From Verrucomicrobiaceae bacterium (GTDB lineage: Bacteria > Verrucomicrobiota > Verrucomicrobiia > Verrucomicrobiales > Akkermansiaceae): DNA of 64,000 nucleotides. A program made the position numbers and the translations under genes. This document shows, one piece after another, positions 1 through 10,056 of the stretch. Position 1 is the stretch's first letter. Every line of letters begins with the position of its first letter. Below the pieces are notes generated by a model that saw nothing but the letters and a program-made list of their open reading frames with translations, made no database searches and was not told where the DNA came from. The stretch covers positions 32,001 through 96,000 of the forward strand of contig JBPOGH010000013.1 of NCBI GenBank assembly GCA_051252135.1. Direction: 5' to 3'.

Positions 1-3000
1 TCCGCGCTCCCAGATAACGCTGCCCGCCATCTTCCACGATCTCCGCCTGAAACACCGCCTCATCCTTGACCACCGGATCGGTCCCAAAGGCATACTCCTT
101 CCAGTTCGGAAGCCCGTCGTTATCCGGATCGGAACCCGCCGCCCCAATCGTTGCATGCAGGGCGGGATTGAATTTCTCATTCTGCCATGCCGTAAACGTC
201 GTCGGCAAAATGGAATCCGCCGTCCCCGGAGTCCCGTTCATCGTCGCACTGAAGGTCCAGGCCGACATTTCATCCAGACCATCATAAGGGGAATCCGGAT
301 CCACCAAAACCAAGGTCGCTCCCGGTCCATCGGTCTCCGGGAACCAAACGTCATTGTAAGTGAAGACCAAAATATTCTCCCCTATCTTGTCGACCAAACG
401 AACGGTCTCACCATCGTTGTTAAACAATCCTCCAAACGGCCCGTAAACCGCCGCCCCAAGCCCCGGGTATCGTAAGGCAAATGCTGCGGGATTCTTCACC
501 AGCAAAATTCGCTCGTCAGCCGCGATGGACGTTCCGGCACCAAAGGTATACTCGATCCCCTCCGTAAATTGCACCCCTTCGAGATCCAATGCCGCCCCGG
601 AAATATTCCGCAGCTCAATGAACTCAAAGTCCTCCGAAATCACTCCCGGAAGCGCCGCCAATTCCTCGGCCGTCGGCGCCGCCGGATGGTAATTCAATTC
701 CGTCACCCGAAGCGCCTCCTGCGCCAGCGTCGGCGTCCCGGTGTAAGTAAAGGAATCCACCAACTGCGCCGCCTCATTGCGCAACTCAAGCGTCTCCCCC
801 CGTGCCGAGAACTGCCCCTGGTAACCGTCCTGAATAAAGCGATACTCACCCGAGGTCGGTCCCGTCGACCTCGCCCGGAAGGACGGCCCGTCTTTCACCA
901 CGTGAATCGTCCCGATATAGTTTCCTCCCGCAGTCCCGGAACCCGCCGGCACCACCGTCCCCGGTGGAAAGGAATACTCCACCGCTCCGGCCAACGTGAA
1001 CCCGGACAAATCAATCGCCGTATTCTCATTGTTCTTAAGGATCACATATTCCTCCCCCTGGTTGCCCGAAGAAGGAAGAAACTCCACCGTCTCAACCGTC
1101 ACATCGGGAATCGATGGCTGCGCCGAAGCAATCGGCACCCCGTCATGATTCCGTGATCCGCTAAACATGTAGTTTCTCTTGTCCGGCAGCCATTCCAGCA
1201 AAATACGGCCCGCCGCCGGGCGCGCCCGAAACTCATTCCCCCACGACCCCCATTTGTCATAATCAAGATCGGCATCCGAAACGATCCCGACCGGATCGAT
1301 CCGGTCACGCCACTCTCCCACCATATCGGAAAACCAATCGGGCCCCGCAGCCGCAGCCGCATTCGACAACAGGAGCTGATCCCGCAGCGTCCCGATCCGC
1401 CTCATGATCATATGGCGATACTCCGGAGTCTCGTGAATCAACTCCCATAGCCGGTTCGGACTCCGGATCCACATATTGCTGAACAAGCTGTCGTCAAAAT
1501 ATTTGTCCGTCGAATTCCACCGGCGCCCTGCCGAAAGATCCACATCCCACGGAAGCGGACGCCACTCACCATTCCCCTCCGTATCCCGATACATGTAAAA
1601 ATTCTTGTGCCCCGTGTCGGAAATCCCGATCACCACATAAGCCGCCAAATGATTCACCGTCGCCGCAATATCCAGATTGTCATAAGCATACTCCCGCCGC
1701 GAATTTCGTGAATTCGATTCGTCCAACCCGTCAATCAACGCCTGCAAATCCTCGGTCCCCAATTCCTTGCGAGACTTCTTCACCGCCTTCGAGGCCACCT
1801 CGATCCGATCATACATCTTATAAAGCGTCCCCTCACGGCTCAGACCAATCCGGTCAAGATACCGCTCATCACCATCCTCCACCATGTCGGCGATCGAAAA
1901 GAAGTCCCCGTTCCGCTCCACCCGTACCGGGAAGGCGTAGTGGTGACCCGCGCCACAGCGCTTGAGAAACTCGTAGGCCATCAAATTTCGTACCTTGCTC
2001 TTGTCCGCCCAGTTCGTCAGCAGGTTGATATCCTTCACCCGCTCCTCTCCCACTTTCCACCGAAAACGATTCCCCTTATTGAAGTCCACATCGTAACTCT
2101 TCTTCGGAAAAGCTCCCGTCGACTGACCGTGCCGATCCATCTGAAGGTTATCGTAAAACTCTCCCAGATAAAAAACCGATCCCGTCGTTCCCGCCACTGT
2201 ATCCACCGCCGCGGTATTCTGCACAAAAGTCTCCATGATCGTCAGCTGCGACGTTCCATGAGCCGGATTGAGAGCCACCGTCCCGTAATAACGGTCCGCA
2301 TCCAACGGATCCAGATAGGGCGGCGATAAGGTCATCCCCGAATCCGCATCCTCCGCCTCCACCCTCCACCGGAGCATCTCTCCCGCCCCAAGTCCGGTTG
2401 TTGGAACCTCCACCGAATAAATCCCATCTCCCGCAATCAAATCTCCCCCGCTTGCGCTGTCGTTCATCGTCAGCTGCACCTCGGCATCAAACATTTCCCG
2501 GTAATACAATTTCACCGTCGAGATCGGACTCGTCCCCTCATCGATCTCAGCCGTAATCAATAACGGCGCACTTCCCGCTCCCCCGGTCGGACGCTCCGGC
2601 TGATCGGTCACCTCGCCAAAAAGCGGCGGCACCGTTGCCAGACTCGTCCCGTTGGGTCCCCCTGGAGTCACCACGGTGTGATAACCCTTCTCTCCGCTCA
2701 CCACTCCGGGAATCGACACCAGCAGCTCGGGAAAGATCAGCATATCCGAGCTGTCCGCCGCCTCATTCATCCCGTGAATCGCAAGAACGTTCTGCCCGCC
2801 CACCAAATCAAGACCAGCCGGATCAATCGTATAATAAACCCAATCGTCATTCTCGCTGTCCCCCCTGTTCTCTGTCGCCGTCGAATCCCAATCCGGCGTC
2901 GGATCATTCCGGTTCGCCTTCACCTCATGCCCGTTGATATATGCGATAAACCCGTCATCCCAACGCATCTTCAACGTCAACTGACCCACCGCAATCGGAG

Positions 3001-3706
3001 GAAGCAAAAACGGCATCCGCACAAAAATCGACGCATTCCCCTCATACATCTCCGCCTCAAAATCCCCGCCATTCCCAATCCAGCTTCCATAGCTTCCCGA
3101 CCGCTCGTAACCCACCGCGTTCTTGACGCTCCTCCAGGTCGAACCGGAAAACGTTGTTCCGTTGTTCTCGTTCCACCCCTGATAATTTGCCGCGAAATCC
3201 GCCGCACTCTCAGGAACTCCCGCCTGGCCGCTGGTTCCTTGCCGGACCACCGTGCTCAATCCACCAACCTGGCTCACCCCGTAACTCGCTCCCGCAAACT
3301 GCTTGGGAAACTCCGGACTAAAATCATCCTCAACCGTCACCCCGTCACCCTGGATCAACCCCAAATACTCTCCCCCGCTCTTCAGCGAAAATCCCGTGTG
3401 CCACTCACTTCCCAAAATCCTCCGGTTCTTCCCCGAGGCAAACACCACCACATACCCCTTGCTCCCAATCGTCGCCCCCGGCGGGAATATCCACTTCTGC
3501 GGAATCGCCGCGTCATCCGTCAATGACCAACCACCCAAATCAACCGGAGCCGTCCCGTCATTGAATAACTCAACCCAATCCTCCGCATCCCCGTCCTCAT
3601 CCAAATGGGACCCGTCGTTGTTGGCCACAAATTCGGAAATCCAGACTTTCCCCGCCAATGGGGTTGCAAGGAACAGGGAAAATAAGAGAGTAGTATACTT
3701 GGTCAC
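1..3706 (-). CDS. Large secreted lamin-tail-domain / CotH-kinase-family protein (3' end runs off the window)
   Basis: Not in the ORF track because its stop lies outside the window. Manual translation from GTG 3706 gives MTKYTTLLFSLFLATPLAGKVWISEFVANNDGSHLDEDGDAEDWVELFNDG (signal peptide + LTD). A CotH-like middle region contains GHKNFYMYRD and PLPWDVDLSAG. The same frame at the window edge reads DPDNDGLPNWKEYAFGTDP, a typical verrucomicrobial C-terminal motif. Confidence 0.85.
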   Translation of the reverse strand, partial: MTKYTTLLFSLFLATPLAGKVWISEFVANNDGSHLDEDGDAEDWVELFNDGTAPVDLGGWSLTDDAAIPQKWIFPPGATIGSKGYVVVFASGKNRRILGSEWHTGFSLKSGGEYLGLIQGDGVTVEDDFSPEFPKQFAGASYGVSQVGGLSTVVRQGTSGQAGVPESAADFAANYQGWNENNGTTFSGSTWRSVKNAVGYERSGSYGSWIGNGGDFEAEMYEGNASIFVRMPFLLPPIAVGQLTLKMRWDDGFIAYINGHEVKANRNDPTPDWDSTATENRGDSENDDWVYYTIDPAGLDLVGGQNVLAIHGMNEAADSSDMLIFPELLVSIPGVVSGEKGYHTVVTPGGPNGTSLATVPPLFGEVTDQPERPTGGAGSAPLLITAEIDEGTSPISTVKLYYREMFDAEVQLTMNDSASGGDLIAGDGIYSVEVPTTGLGAGEMLRWRVEAEDADSGMTLSPPYLDPLDADRYYGTVALNPAHGTSQLTIMETFVQNTAAVDTVAGTTGSVFYLGEFYDNLQMDRHGQSTGAFPKKSYDVDFNKGNRFRWKVGEERVKDINLLTNWADKSKVRNLMAYEFLKRCGAGHHYAFPVRVERNGDFFSIADMVEDGDERYLDRIGLSREGTLYKMYDRIEVASKAVKKSRKELGTEDLQALIDGLDESNSRNSRREYAYDNLDIAATVNHLAAYVVIGISDTGHKNFYMYRDTEGNGEWRPLPWDVDLSAGRRWNSTDKYFDDSLFSNMWIRSPNRLWELIHETPEYRHMIMRRIGTLRDQLLLSNAAAAAGPDWFSDMVGEWRDRIDPVGIVSDADLDYDKWGSWGNEFRARPAAGRILLEWLPDKRNYMFSGSRNHDGVPIASAQPSIPDVTVETVEFLPSSGNQGEEYVILKNNENTAIDLSGFTLAGAVEYSFPPGTVVPAGSGTAGGNYIGTIHVVKDGPSFRARSTGPTSGEYRFIQDGYQGQFSARGETLELRNEAAQLVDSFTYTGTPTLAQEALRVTELNYHPAAPTAEELAALPGVISEDFEFIELRNISGAALDLEGVQFTEGIEYTFGAGTSIAADERILLVKNPAAFALRYPGLGAAVYGPFGGLFNNDGETVRLVDKIGENILVFTYNDVWFPETDGPGATLVLVDPDSPYDGLDEMSAWTFSATMNGTPGTADSILPTTFTAWQNEKFNPALHATIGAAGSDPDNDGLPNWKEYAFGTDPVVKDEAVFQAEIVEDGGQRYLGAR

Positions 3707-3787
3707 AATGGAAAGTGGTGATGAGATTAGGAAGAACATGTCCTACAAAAATCATTTCTGCATAAAATATCTTCAGAAGAAAAGCCC

Positions 3788-5170
3788 ATGATTTCAAAAC
3801 TATACCACCTCTTCCTCTTTTTCGCTCTCTTTTCGAGCACTGAAGCCGCCCAACAGCCCAATATCGTCCTCATTTATGCCGACGACCTCGGCTACACCGA
3901 CCTCTCCTGCCAGGGCTCCAAATACTACCAAACCCCCAACATTGACCGCCTCGCCCGCGAAGGCGTCACCTTCACCCAGGCCTACGCCGGCGCCGCCAAC
4001 TGCGCCCCCTCCCGCGCCTGCCTCATGACCGGCTCCTATTCCCCCCGCCACGGCATCTACACCGTCGGAAATTCCGACCGAGGCAAAGCCCAACACCGCA
4101 AGCTCATCCCCATCAAAAACACCCAGCTCCTCGACCCCAAGTTCCCCACCATCGCCGAAGCCCTCCAAAACCACGGCTACCAAACCTGCATCGCCGGAAA
4201 ATGGCACCTCACCAAGGACCCCACCCAGGACGGCTTCGATACCAACTTCGGCGGCACCACCTGGGGACACCCCAAATCCTACTTCGCCCCCTACAAAAAC
4301 CCCTACCTCAAAGACGGCCCCAAAGGAGAACACCTCCCCGAACGCCTCGGCCGCGAAATCTCCTCCTGGATCAAATCCCATGCCGAAAAACCCTTCTTCG
4401 TCTACTTCCCCTGCTACTCCGTCCACACCCCCATCCAGGCAAAAGCCGACCACACCGCCCTCTTCAAAAACAAATCTCCCGACGGCTCCCACAAGGACCC
4501 TCAATACGCCGCCATGATCTACGCCATGGACCTCGCCATCGGCCAAATCCTCAACACCCTCGATGAGCTCAAGCTCGCCGACAACACCCTCGTCATCTTC
4601 ACCTCCGACAACGGCCCCCACGGCTCCTACTCCCGCGCCCACCCCCTCCGCGGCTCCAAAGGCATGTATTACGAGGGCGGCATTCGCGAGCCTTTCCTCG
4701 CCCGCTTCCCCGGCCGCATCAAGCCCGGCTCCCGCAACCACCAACCCATCCACCAAACCGACCTCTTCCCCACTTTCCTCGCCCTCACCGGTGCTCAAAA
4801 ACCAAAAGCCGCCCAACTCGACGGCATCAACATCCTCCCCGCCCTCGAAGGGAAACCCCTCCCCGACCGACCCCTCTTCTGGCACTTCCCCGCCTACCTC
4901 CAGGGATACGGCAAACACCTCGACTCCCCCTTCCTCAACTTCCGCACCACCCCCTGCGGCGTCATCCGGGATGGCGACTGGAAACTCATCCAATACTTCG
5001 AGGACAACACCCTCGAGCTTTACAACCTCAAGGACGACCCCGGCGAAAAAAACAACCTCTCCACAAAAAACCTCGCCCAAAAAAACCTCCTCCTCAACAC
5101 CCTCACCGCCTGGCAAAAAACAACCAACGCCCCCATCCCCACCGAGCCCAATCCACAATACAAAAAATAA
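3788..5170 (+). CDS. Sulfatase (formylglycine-dependent, S1)
   Basis: Signal peptide, NIVLIYADDLG, CAPSRACLMTG, GKWHL, SDNG motifs. Confidence 0.95.
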   Translation: MISKLYHLFLFFALFSSTEAAQQPNIVLIYADDLGYTDLSCQGSKYYQTPNIDRLAREGVTFTQAYAGAANCAPSRACLMTGSYSPRHGIYTVGNSDRGKAQHRKLIPIKNTQLLDPKFPTIAEALQNHGYQTCIAGKWHLTKDPTQDGFDTNFGGTTWGHPKSYFAPYKNPYLKDGPKGEHLPERLGREISSWIKSHAEKPFFVYFPCYSVHTPIQAKADHTALFKNKSPDGSHKDPQYAAMIYAMDLAIGQILNTLDELKLADNTLVIFTSDNGPHGSYSRAHPLRGSKGMYYEGGIREPFLARFPGRIKPGSRNHQPIHQTDLFPTFLALTGAQKPKAAQLDGINILPALEGKPLPDRPLFWHFPAYLQGYGKHLDSPFLNFRTTPCGVIRDGDWKLIQYFEDNTLELYNLKDDPGEKNNLSTKNLAQKNLLLNTLTAWQKTTNAPIPTEPNPQYKK

Positions 5171-5219
5171 CATTTTCTGTAGAGGACAGCCCGCCCCCAC
5201 CCGCTACCATCCGGTCGTT

Positions 5220-5534
5220 ATGATTACCTCAACCACCGAAACCGTCCCCGGACGCGAAATCACCTCCCACCTTGGCATCGCCTGTGGAAACACCGTCCGT
5301 GCCAAGCACATGGGCCGCGATTTCATGGCCGGCCTCAAAACCATCATCGGCGGAGAAGTCCGCGGCTACACCGAGATGCTCTCGGAATCCCGGAACCAGG
5401 CCATCGACCGCATGGTCGCCCAAGCCCAGTCCATGGGCGCTGATGCCGTCGTCAATGTCCGCTTCACCACCTCCCAGGTCGCCCAAGGCATGTCCGAAAT
5501 GCTCGCCTACGGCACCGCCGTGAAGCTCGCCTAA
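5220..5534 (+). CDS. YbjQ/UPF0145 family protein
   Basis: C-terminal part of ORF 4563..5534: MITSTTETVPGREI...GLKTIIGGEVRGYTEML...GADAVVNVRF...AYGTAVKL. Confidence 0.9.
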   Translation: MITSTTETVPGREITSHLGIACGNTVRAKHMGRDFMAGLKTIIGGEVRGYTEMLSESRNQAIDRMVAQAQSMGADAVVNVRFTTSQVAQGMSEMLAYGTAVKLA

Positions 5535-5585
5535 TCAATCATAAATTTCCCTATCATTCCCCATCATTCTCAGCGATGCTGGGGA

Positions 5586-5801
5586 ATGACCACCTACGTT
5601 TACGAGACCATCCCTCAAACCGGGGACGAACTCCCCGTCCGCTTCGAGCACCGGCAAGGGATGTCTGATCCCAAACTCACCGAGCAACCCGGCACCGGAA
5701 AACCCGTCCGACGCCTCATCTCCGGCGGCTTCGCCATGCTCCATAAAGAGGTCCAGTCCGTCGGCTCCGTCACCGACCCCTCCTACTACCAGCGCGACTA
5801 G
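5586..5801 (+). CDS. FmdB-like small regulatory protein (zinc-ribbon-like, Cys-free variant)
   Basis: MTTYVYE...FEHRQGMSDPKLTEQPGTGKPVRRLISGG matches the FmdB pattern, but the CxxC pairs are absent. Confidence 0.65.
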   Translation: MTTYVYETIPQTGDELPVRFEHRQGMSDPKLTEQPGTGKPVRRLISGGFAMLHKEVQSVGSVTDPSYYQRD

Positions 5802-5855
5802 CGCCCCTCCGATAATCATCGACAGCTCGCGCTCCAGTTGGAACCCTGCCAGAGT

Positions 5856-8800
5856 ATGAAAACTCTGCGGCTTTCCCTGGCAGTCCTCCTCCTGCTCTCA
5901 GCCTTCCTCTTCCTCCTCCCCACCCCCACCACCCGGGAGGAAGCCAGCAAAGCATCACTTCCACCGCAATCCGCGCGCGACTTCATCACCGCCTGGCAGG
6001 ATCCCTCCTCCCCGCAATCCGATCTTCTTCAGGCTGCCGGCAAGCACCGCGAGTCCTTCACCCGACTCATGATCGAGGCCCCCGATGTCGCCCTCATCAA
6101 AGCCCTCTCCTCCGCAGAGCACCACGCCCTCCCACCCGAACTCAAACCCTTCTTCGCCCAACCCTTCACCTCCCCCGGCTCCATCGATCAACTCTGGGCC
6201 GTCACCGAACTCCCCGATGGCTCCCGCCGCTGCACCTCGGAAAACACCGTCACCTTCGGCACCGAAACCCTCACCGCCCACACCCCGGACCTGACCCTCC
6301 TCCCCGTCCTCAACAACGTCCCCCTCTCCGGCATCCGCCTCGGCAACCACGCTGTCATTTCCCCCTCAACCGACTCCGGGGAAATCGCCACCTACCAAAG
6401 CAGCGCCCCCGGCGAAAAAACAACCCCCACCCTCGCCGGCAGCGACGGAGGCGATCACGCGTCCGCCCCCACCGACGCCACCCCCTACCAGGAAGATCAA
6501 ATCGACGTTCTCTTCATCCGTGTCGACTTCTCCGATTTCCCCGGCGCACCCGTTTCCAAAGCCGCCCTCGAAACAACCCTCGCCACCGTCGATGGCCACC
6601 TCGCCAACTACTCCTACAATCAGGCCGGCATCACCTACACAGTCAGCGACTCCGTCTACCGCATGCCCTCCACCGGCGCCTCCTACGCCGTCAATAAGGC
6701 AAACGACGACATCCAGACCCACGCCCGCGCCCTCGCCTCGGCCGACTTCACCCTTTCAAACTACGATGTCATCGCCGTCTTCTTCCCCGATATCGGAGAC
6801 GTCCCCGGCTCCCAAATCACCTACGGCGGCCTCGCCTCTATCGGCGGGGAAAATCACTGGATCAACGGCACCAACAGCGTCGGCATCATCCTTCACGAAT
6901 TCGGCCACAACTACGGCCTCTATCACGCCAACTACCACCATCCGGAAATGGAACTCTCCGGCACCTACCAGGATGCCAACAGCCTCGAATACGGCGACAT
7001 CTTCGATGAAATGGGCAGCGGCAACTCACCCGAAGCACACTTCAGCCACCTCGCCAAAAACTACATGCAGTGGATGCCCGACTCCAAGGTCGCCGAAGCC
7101 ACCGGCGATGCCACCTACACCATCTACCGCTTCGACGACCCCAACGCCCTCTCCAACCCCCTCCTCGCCGTCAAGGTCCCCATGTCCGACGACGTAAACT
7201 ACTGGATCGGCTACCGCCAACTCTACACTTCCAGCACCTACAACCTCGAAACCGCCGCCTACGTCGTCGGGGAAAATCTCGCCAGCAACCGCGAAACCTC
7301 CCTCATCGACATGACCCCCGAATCGGAGGCCTCCGAAACCGCCGACCGCCGGGATGCCGGACTCCCCGTTGGCGGCACCTTCTACGAACCCACCTCCGGC
7401 GTCCGCTTCAACGCCCTCGAGCGCGGAGGCTCCGACCCCAACCAATGGATCAAGGTCCAGGTCCTCTTCGACCCCCGCATCTCCATCGCCTCCACCGCCC
7501 TCTCCATCGACGAACAATGCGGCACCGCCACCGTCACCGTTCAACGCCAATTCAGCGACTCCGGTGCCGTCACTGTCAACTACGCCACCGCCAACGGAAC
7601 CGCCCTCGCCGGAACCGATTACTACCCCGCCTCCGGCACCCTCACCTGGGCCGATGGCGACCTCTCCGATAAAACAATCACCATCCCCATCCGTCCCGAT
7701 ATCATCAGCGAAGGCTCGGAAACTCTCACCCTCGCACTCTCCGGCATCATCGGCGGCAAGCTCGATCCCGATGCCTCCCTCGCCACCATCTCCATCCTCG
7801 ACGCCGGACAACGCATCGAGGAATTCGCCCCCGGCTTCTTCAACACCACCGTCGAAGCCATCGTCCCCCTCGCGGATGGAAAGGTCATCATCGGCGGAAA
7901 TATCGGAGGCGCCATCGGCAACGTCGCCCCCCTCTTCCACATCGCCCGACTCCTCCCCGATGGCTCAGTCGACACCACCTTCCTCACCGGCACCGGCTTC
8001 AACGCCCCCGTCGAGACCATCGTCGCCCAACCCGATGGCAAACTCCTCGTCGGCGGCGATTTCACGTCCTACAACGGCACCTCCTGCAACCGCCTCACCC
8101 GTCTCCTTCCCGATGGAAACATCGACGCCTCGTTCGCCACCGCCATCGGTAACGGCGCCAACGACACCGTCCGCTCCTTCGCCATCGAGGACTCCGGAAA
8201 CATCCTCGTCGGTGGCGATTTCACTTCCTTCGACGGCTCGCCCGACCTCGGCCTCACCCGACTCCTCGCCTCCGGCTCCCGCAACTCCGCCTCCCCCATC
8301 ACTCTTCCCTTCGACACCGGATTCGGCACCGAGATCTACGCCATCCTCCCCGAGCCCAGCGGAAAAATCGTCGTCGCCGGATCCTTCTACGTCGGCTGGA
8401 CCGGCTCCGGATTCCGCGCCGGCCTCGCCCGCCTCAACTCCAACGGATCCCGTGACACCACCTTCGATCCCGACGCCGGAGCACACGCCTCCGGAAATAA
8501 CTCCAGCCTCCGTCGCGTCTATGATCTCACCTCCGCCCCGGGCGGAAAATACCTCATCGCCGGAAGCTTCACCGCCTACGATGAAAACGCCGTCGCCCAC
8601 CTCGCCCGCATCAACAATGACGGCACCTTCGACTCCTCCTTCACCCCTCCCGCCTTCGATGACACCGCCCGCGTCATCCTCACCCAACCCTCCGGCCTCA
8701 TCGTCACCGCCGGCGGCTTCACCTCGCCCGTCAATCGCCTCGAGCGCCTCACCCCCTCCGGCGCATCTGATCTCGGATTCAATCAAGGCAGCGGACCCAG

Positions 8801-9350
8801 CGGCACCGTCTACGCCCTCGCCAATGGAAGCGACGGCTCACTCTGGGCCGGCGGAAATTTCTTCAACTACAACGGCTCCTCCTCACGCCCCGTCGTTAAA
8901 ATCGCCGGCGGCGTCAGCCCCTACGATCTCTGGGCCCAATCCCAATTCACCTCAACCCAAATCGCCGCAGGCCAAGCCGCCACCGATCAGGACCCCGACG
9001 CCGACGGCCTCGTCAACCTCGTCGAAATGGCCCTCTCCACCAACCCCAACCTCGCCAACTCCGAACCCGCATTTCAAGTCAAAGGAAGCGGCATCACTCT
9101 CCAGCAAGACAACAGCCAGCAATACCTCCAGATCAGCCTCGACCGCACCGCCCTCCCCAAGGGCGCTTGGTTCGCCGCCCAGTTCAGCAGCAACCTCTCC
9201 ACCTGGTCCCCCGCCTCCCCCACCCCGGGCACCAGCGCAACCTACGAGATCATCTCGGACTCGGTCACAAACTTCACCGTCCGCGATAACACTCCAACCA
9301 CCGGCGCCACCCCCCGCTTCGCCCGCATCCTCGTCATCAATCCGCAGTAA
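5856..9350 (+). CDS. Secreted zinc metallopeptidase (M11/M6-like) with Calx-beta domain and delta-60/DUF5122-type beta-propeller repeats
   Basis: HEFGHNYGLYH metzincin motif; Calx-beta (VTVNYATANGTALAGTDY...GTLTWADGD); repeated QPDGKLLVGGDFT/RLLPDGSVDTTF units; C-terminal DPDADGLVNLVEMAL. Confidence 0.85.
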   Translation: MKTLRLSLAVLLLLSAFLFLLPTPTTREEASKASLPPQSARDFITAWQDPSSPQSDLLQAAGKHRESFTRLMIEAPDVALIKALSSAEHHALPPELKPFFAQPFTSPGSIDQLWAVTELPDGSRRCTSENTVTFGTETLTAHTPDLTLLPVLNNVPLSGIRLGNHAVISPSTDSGEIATYQSSAPGEKTTPTLAGSDGGDHASAPTDATPYQEDQIDVLFIRVDFSDFPGAPVSKAALETTLATVDGHLANYSYNQAGITYTVSDSVYRMPSTGASYAVNKANDDIQTHARALASADFTLSNYDVIAVFFPDIGDVPGSQITYGGLASIGGENHWINGTNSVGIILHEFGHNYGLYHANYHHPEMELSGTYQDANSLEYGDIFDEMGSGNSPEAHFSHLAKNYMQWMPDSKVAEATGDATYTIYRFDDPNALSNPLLAVKVPMSDDVNYWIGYRQLYTSSTYNLETAAYVVGENLASNRETSLIDMTPESEASETADRRDAGLPVGGTFYEPTSGVRFNALERGGSDPNQWIKVQVLFDPRISIASTALSIDEQCGTATVTVQRQFSDSGAVTVNYATANGTALAGTDYYPASGTLTWADGDLSDKTITIPIRPDIISEGSETLTLALSGIIGGKLDPDASLATISILDAGQRIEEFAPGFFNTTVEAIVPLADGKVIIGGNIGGAIGNVAPLFHIARLLPDGSVDTTFLTGTGFNAPVETIVAQPDGKLLVGGDFTSYNGTSCNRLTRLLPDGNIDASFATAIGNGANDTVRSFAIEDSGNILVGGDFTSFDGSPDLGLTRLLASGSRNSASPITLPFDTGFGTEIYAILPEPSGKIVVAGSFYVGWTGSGFRAGLARLNSNGSRDTTFDPDAGAHASGNNSSLRRVYDLTSAPGGKYLIAGSFTAYDENAVAHLARINNDGTFDSSFTPPAFDDTARVILTQPSGLIVTAGGFTSPVNRLERLTPSGASDLGFNQGSGPSGTVYALANGSDGSLWAGGNFFNYNGSSSRPVVKIAGGVSPYDLWAQSQFTSTQIAAGQAATDQDPDADGLVNLVEMALSTNPNLANSEPAFQVKGSGITLQQDNSQQYLQISLDRTALPKGAWFAAQFSSNLSTWSPASPTPGTSATYEIISDSVTNFTVRDNTPTTGATPRFARILVINPQ

Positions 9351-10056
9351 TCTTCCCGATCCACTTCACCACCTCCGCCACCGGCGCATAATTCCCGCGA
9401 TCCCCCACCTTCGGATTCATCCCGTCGGAGGCCGTCGACGCCACCCCCGCCAGCTGCCACGCCCCCTTCACTTCGAGGAATAAAGGCGACCCGCTGTCAA
9501 AGAGCGCAATCGTCGCCTCATCCTTCTCCGTCGTCGCATCATCCGCCTTCCCCAGGCTGATCGATATCTTCCCGCCCCGCAGTCCATCCACCCGATTGTG
9601 CCCCGCGTGAAACTCCCCTCGCGTCTTAGCCTGACCCACCGGCCCACCCAACCCAAATCCACCCAGCCACGCCCGCTGCCCCTTCTCCGCTTTCCCGGTG
9701 AAAAACGACACCTTCTTCGCCCCCTTCACCGCCTTCTCCAGTTCCAGCAGCGCAAAGTCTCCCTTCTCCGGATACACCACCCGCTTCACCGCAAACGTCT
9801 CCTCCCCTAGGGCCGGAAACCCCACCTTCAACATCCCCGCCTTCCACTTCTCCGTCCCGTGCCGGCACGTCAGCACCCACTTCCCTCCCAGCGCATAACA
9901 CGACCCGCCAAACACCCGCAGCGGCGAATAAAACACCTTCCCCGTCTGGCTCATCTCACCCCGCTGCTCCCTCTCCACCTCCCCAACATCCCCGCGCCAC
10001 ACAATCCCGCTCAACGGACTCAGCAAAAGTAAGAAAAATATCGTACAAATCGTCAT
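9337..10056 (-). CDS. Trypsin-like serine protease, secreted
   Basis: WVLTCRH (His), DFALLEL (Asp), FDSGSPLF (Ser); the ATG overlaps the upstream sulfatase stop. Confidence 0.8.
   Translation of the reverse strand: MTICTIFFLLLLSPLSGIVWRGDVGEVEREQRGEMSQTGKVFYSPLRVFGGSCYALGGKWVLTCRHGTEKWKAGMLKVGFPALGEETFAVKRVVYPEKGDFALLELEKAVKGAKKVSFFTGKAEKGQRAWLGGFGLGGPVGQAKTRGEFHAGHNRVDGLRGGKISISLGKADDATTEKDEATIALFDSGSPLFLEVKGAWQLAGVASTASDGMNPKVGDRGNYAPVAEVVKWIGKITAD

Noticed and set aside
7354..9483. Long Pro/Ser/Thr-rich ORFs (also 12445..13950 and the N-part of 4563..5534) and Gly/Val/Glu-rich antisense ORFs (e.g. 3800..5200)
   Set aside because: Shadow frames of real genes caused by the C-ending codon bias.
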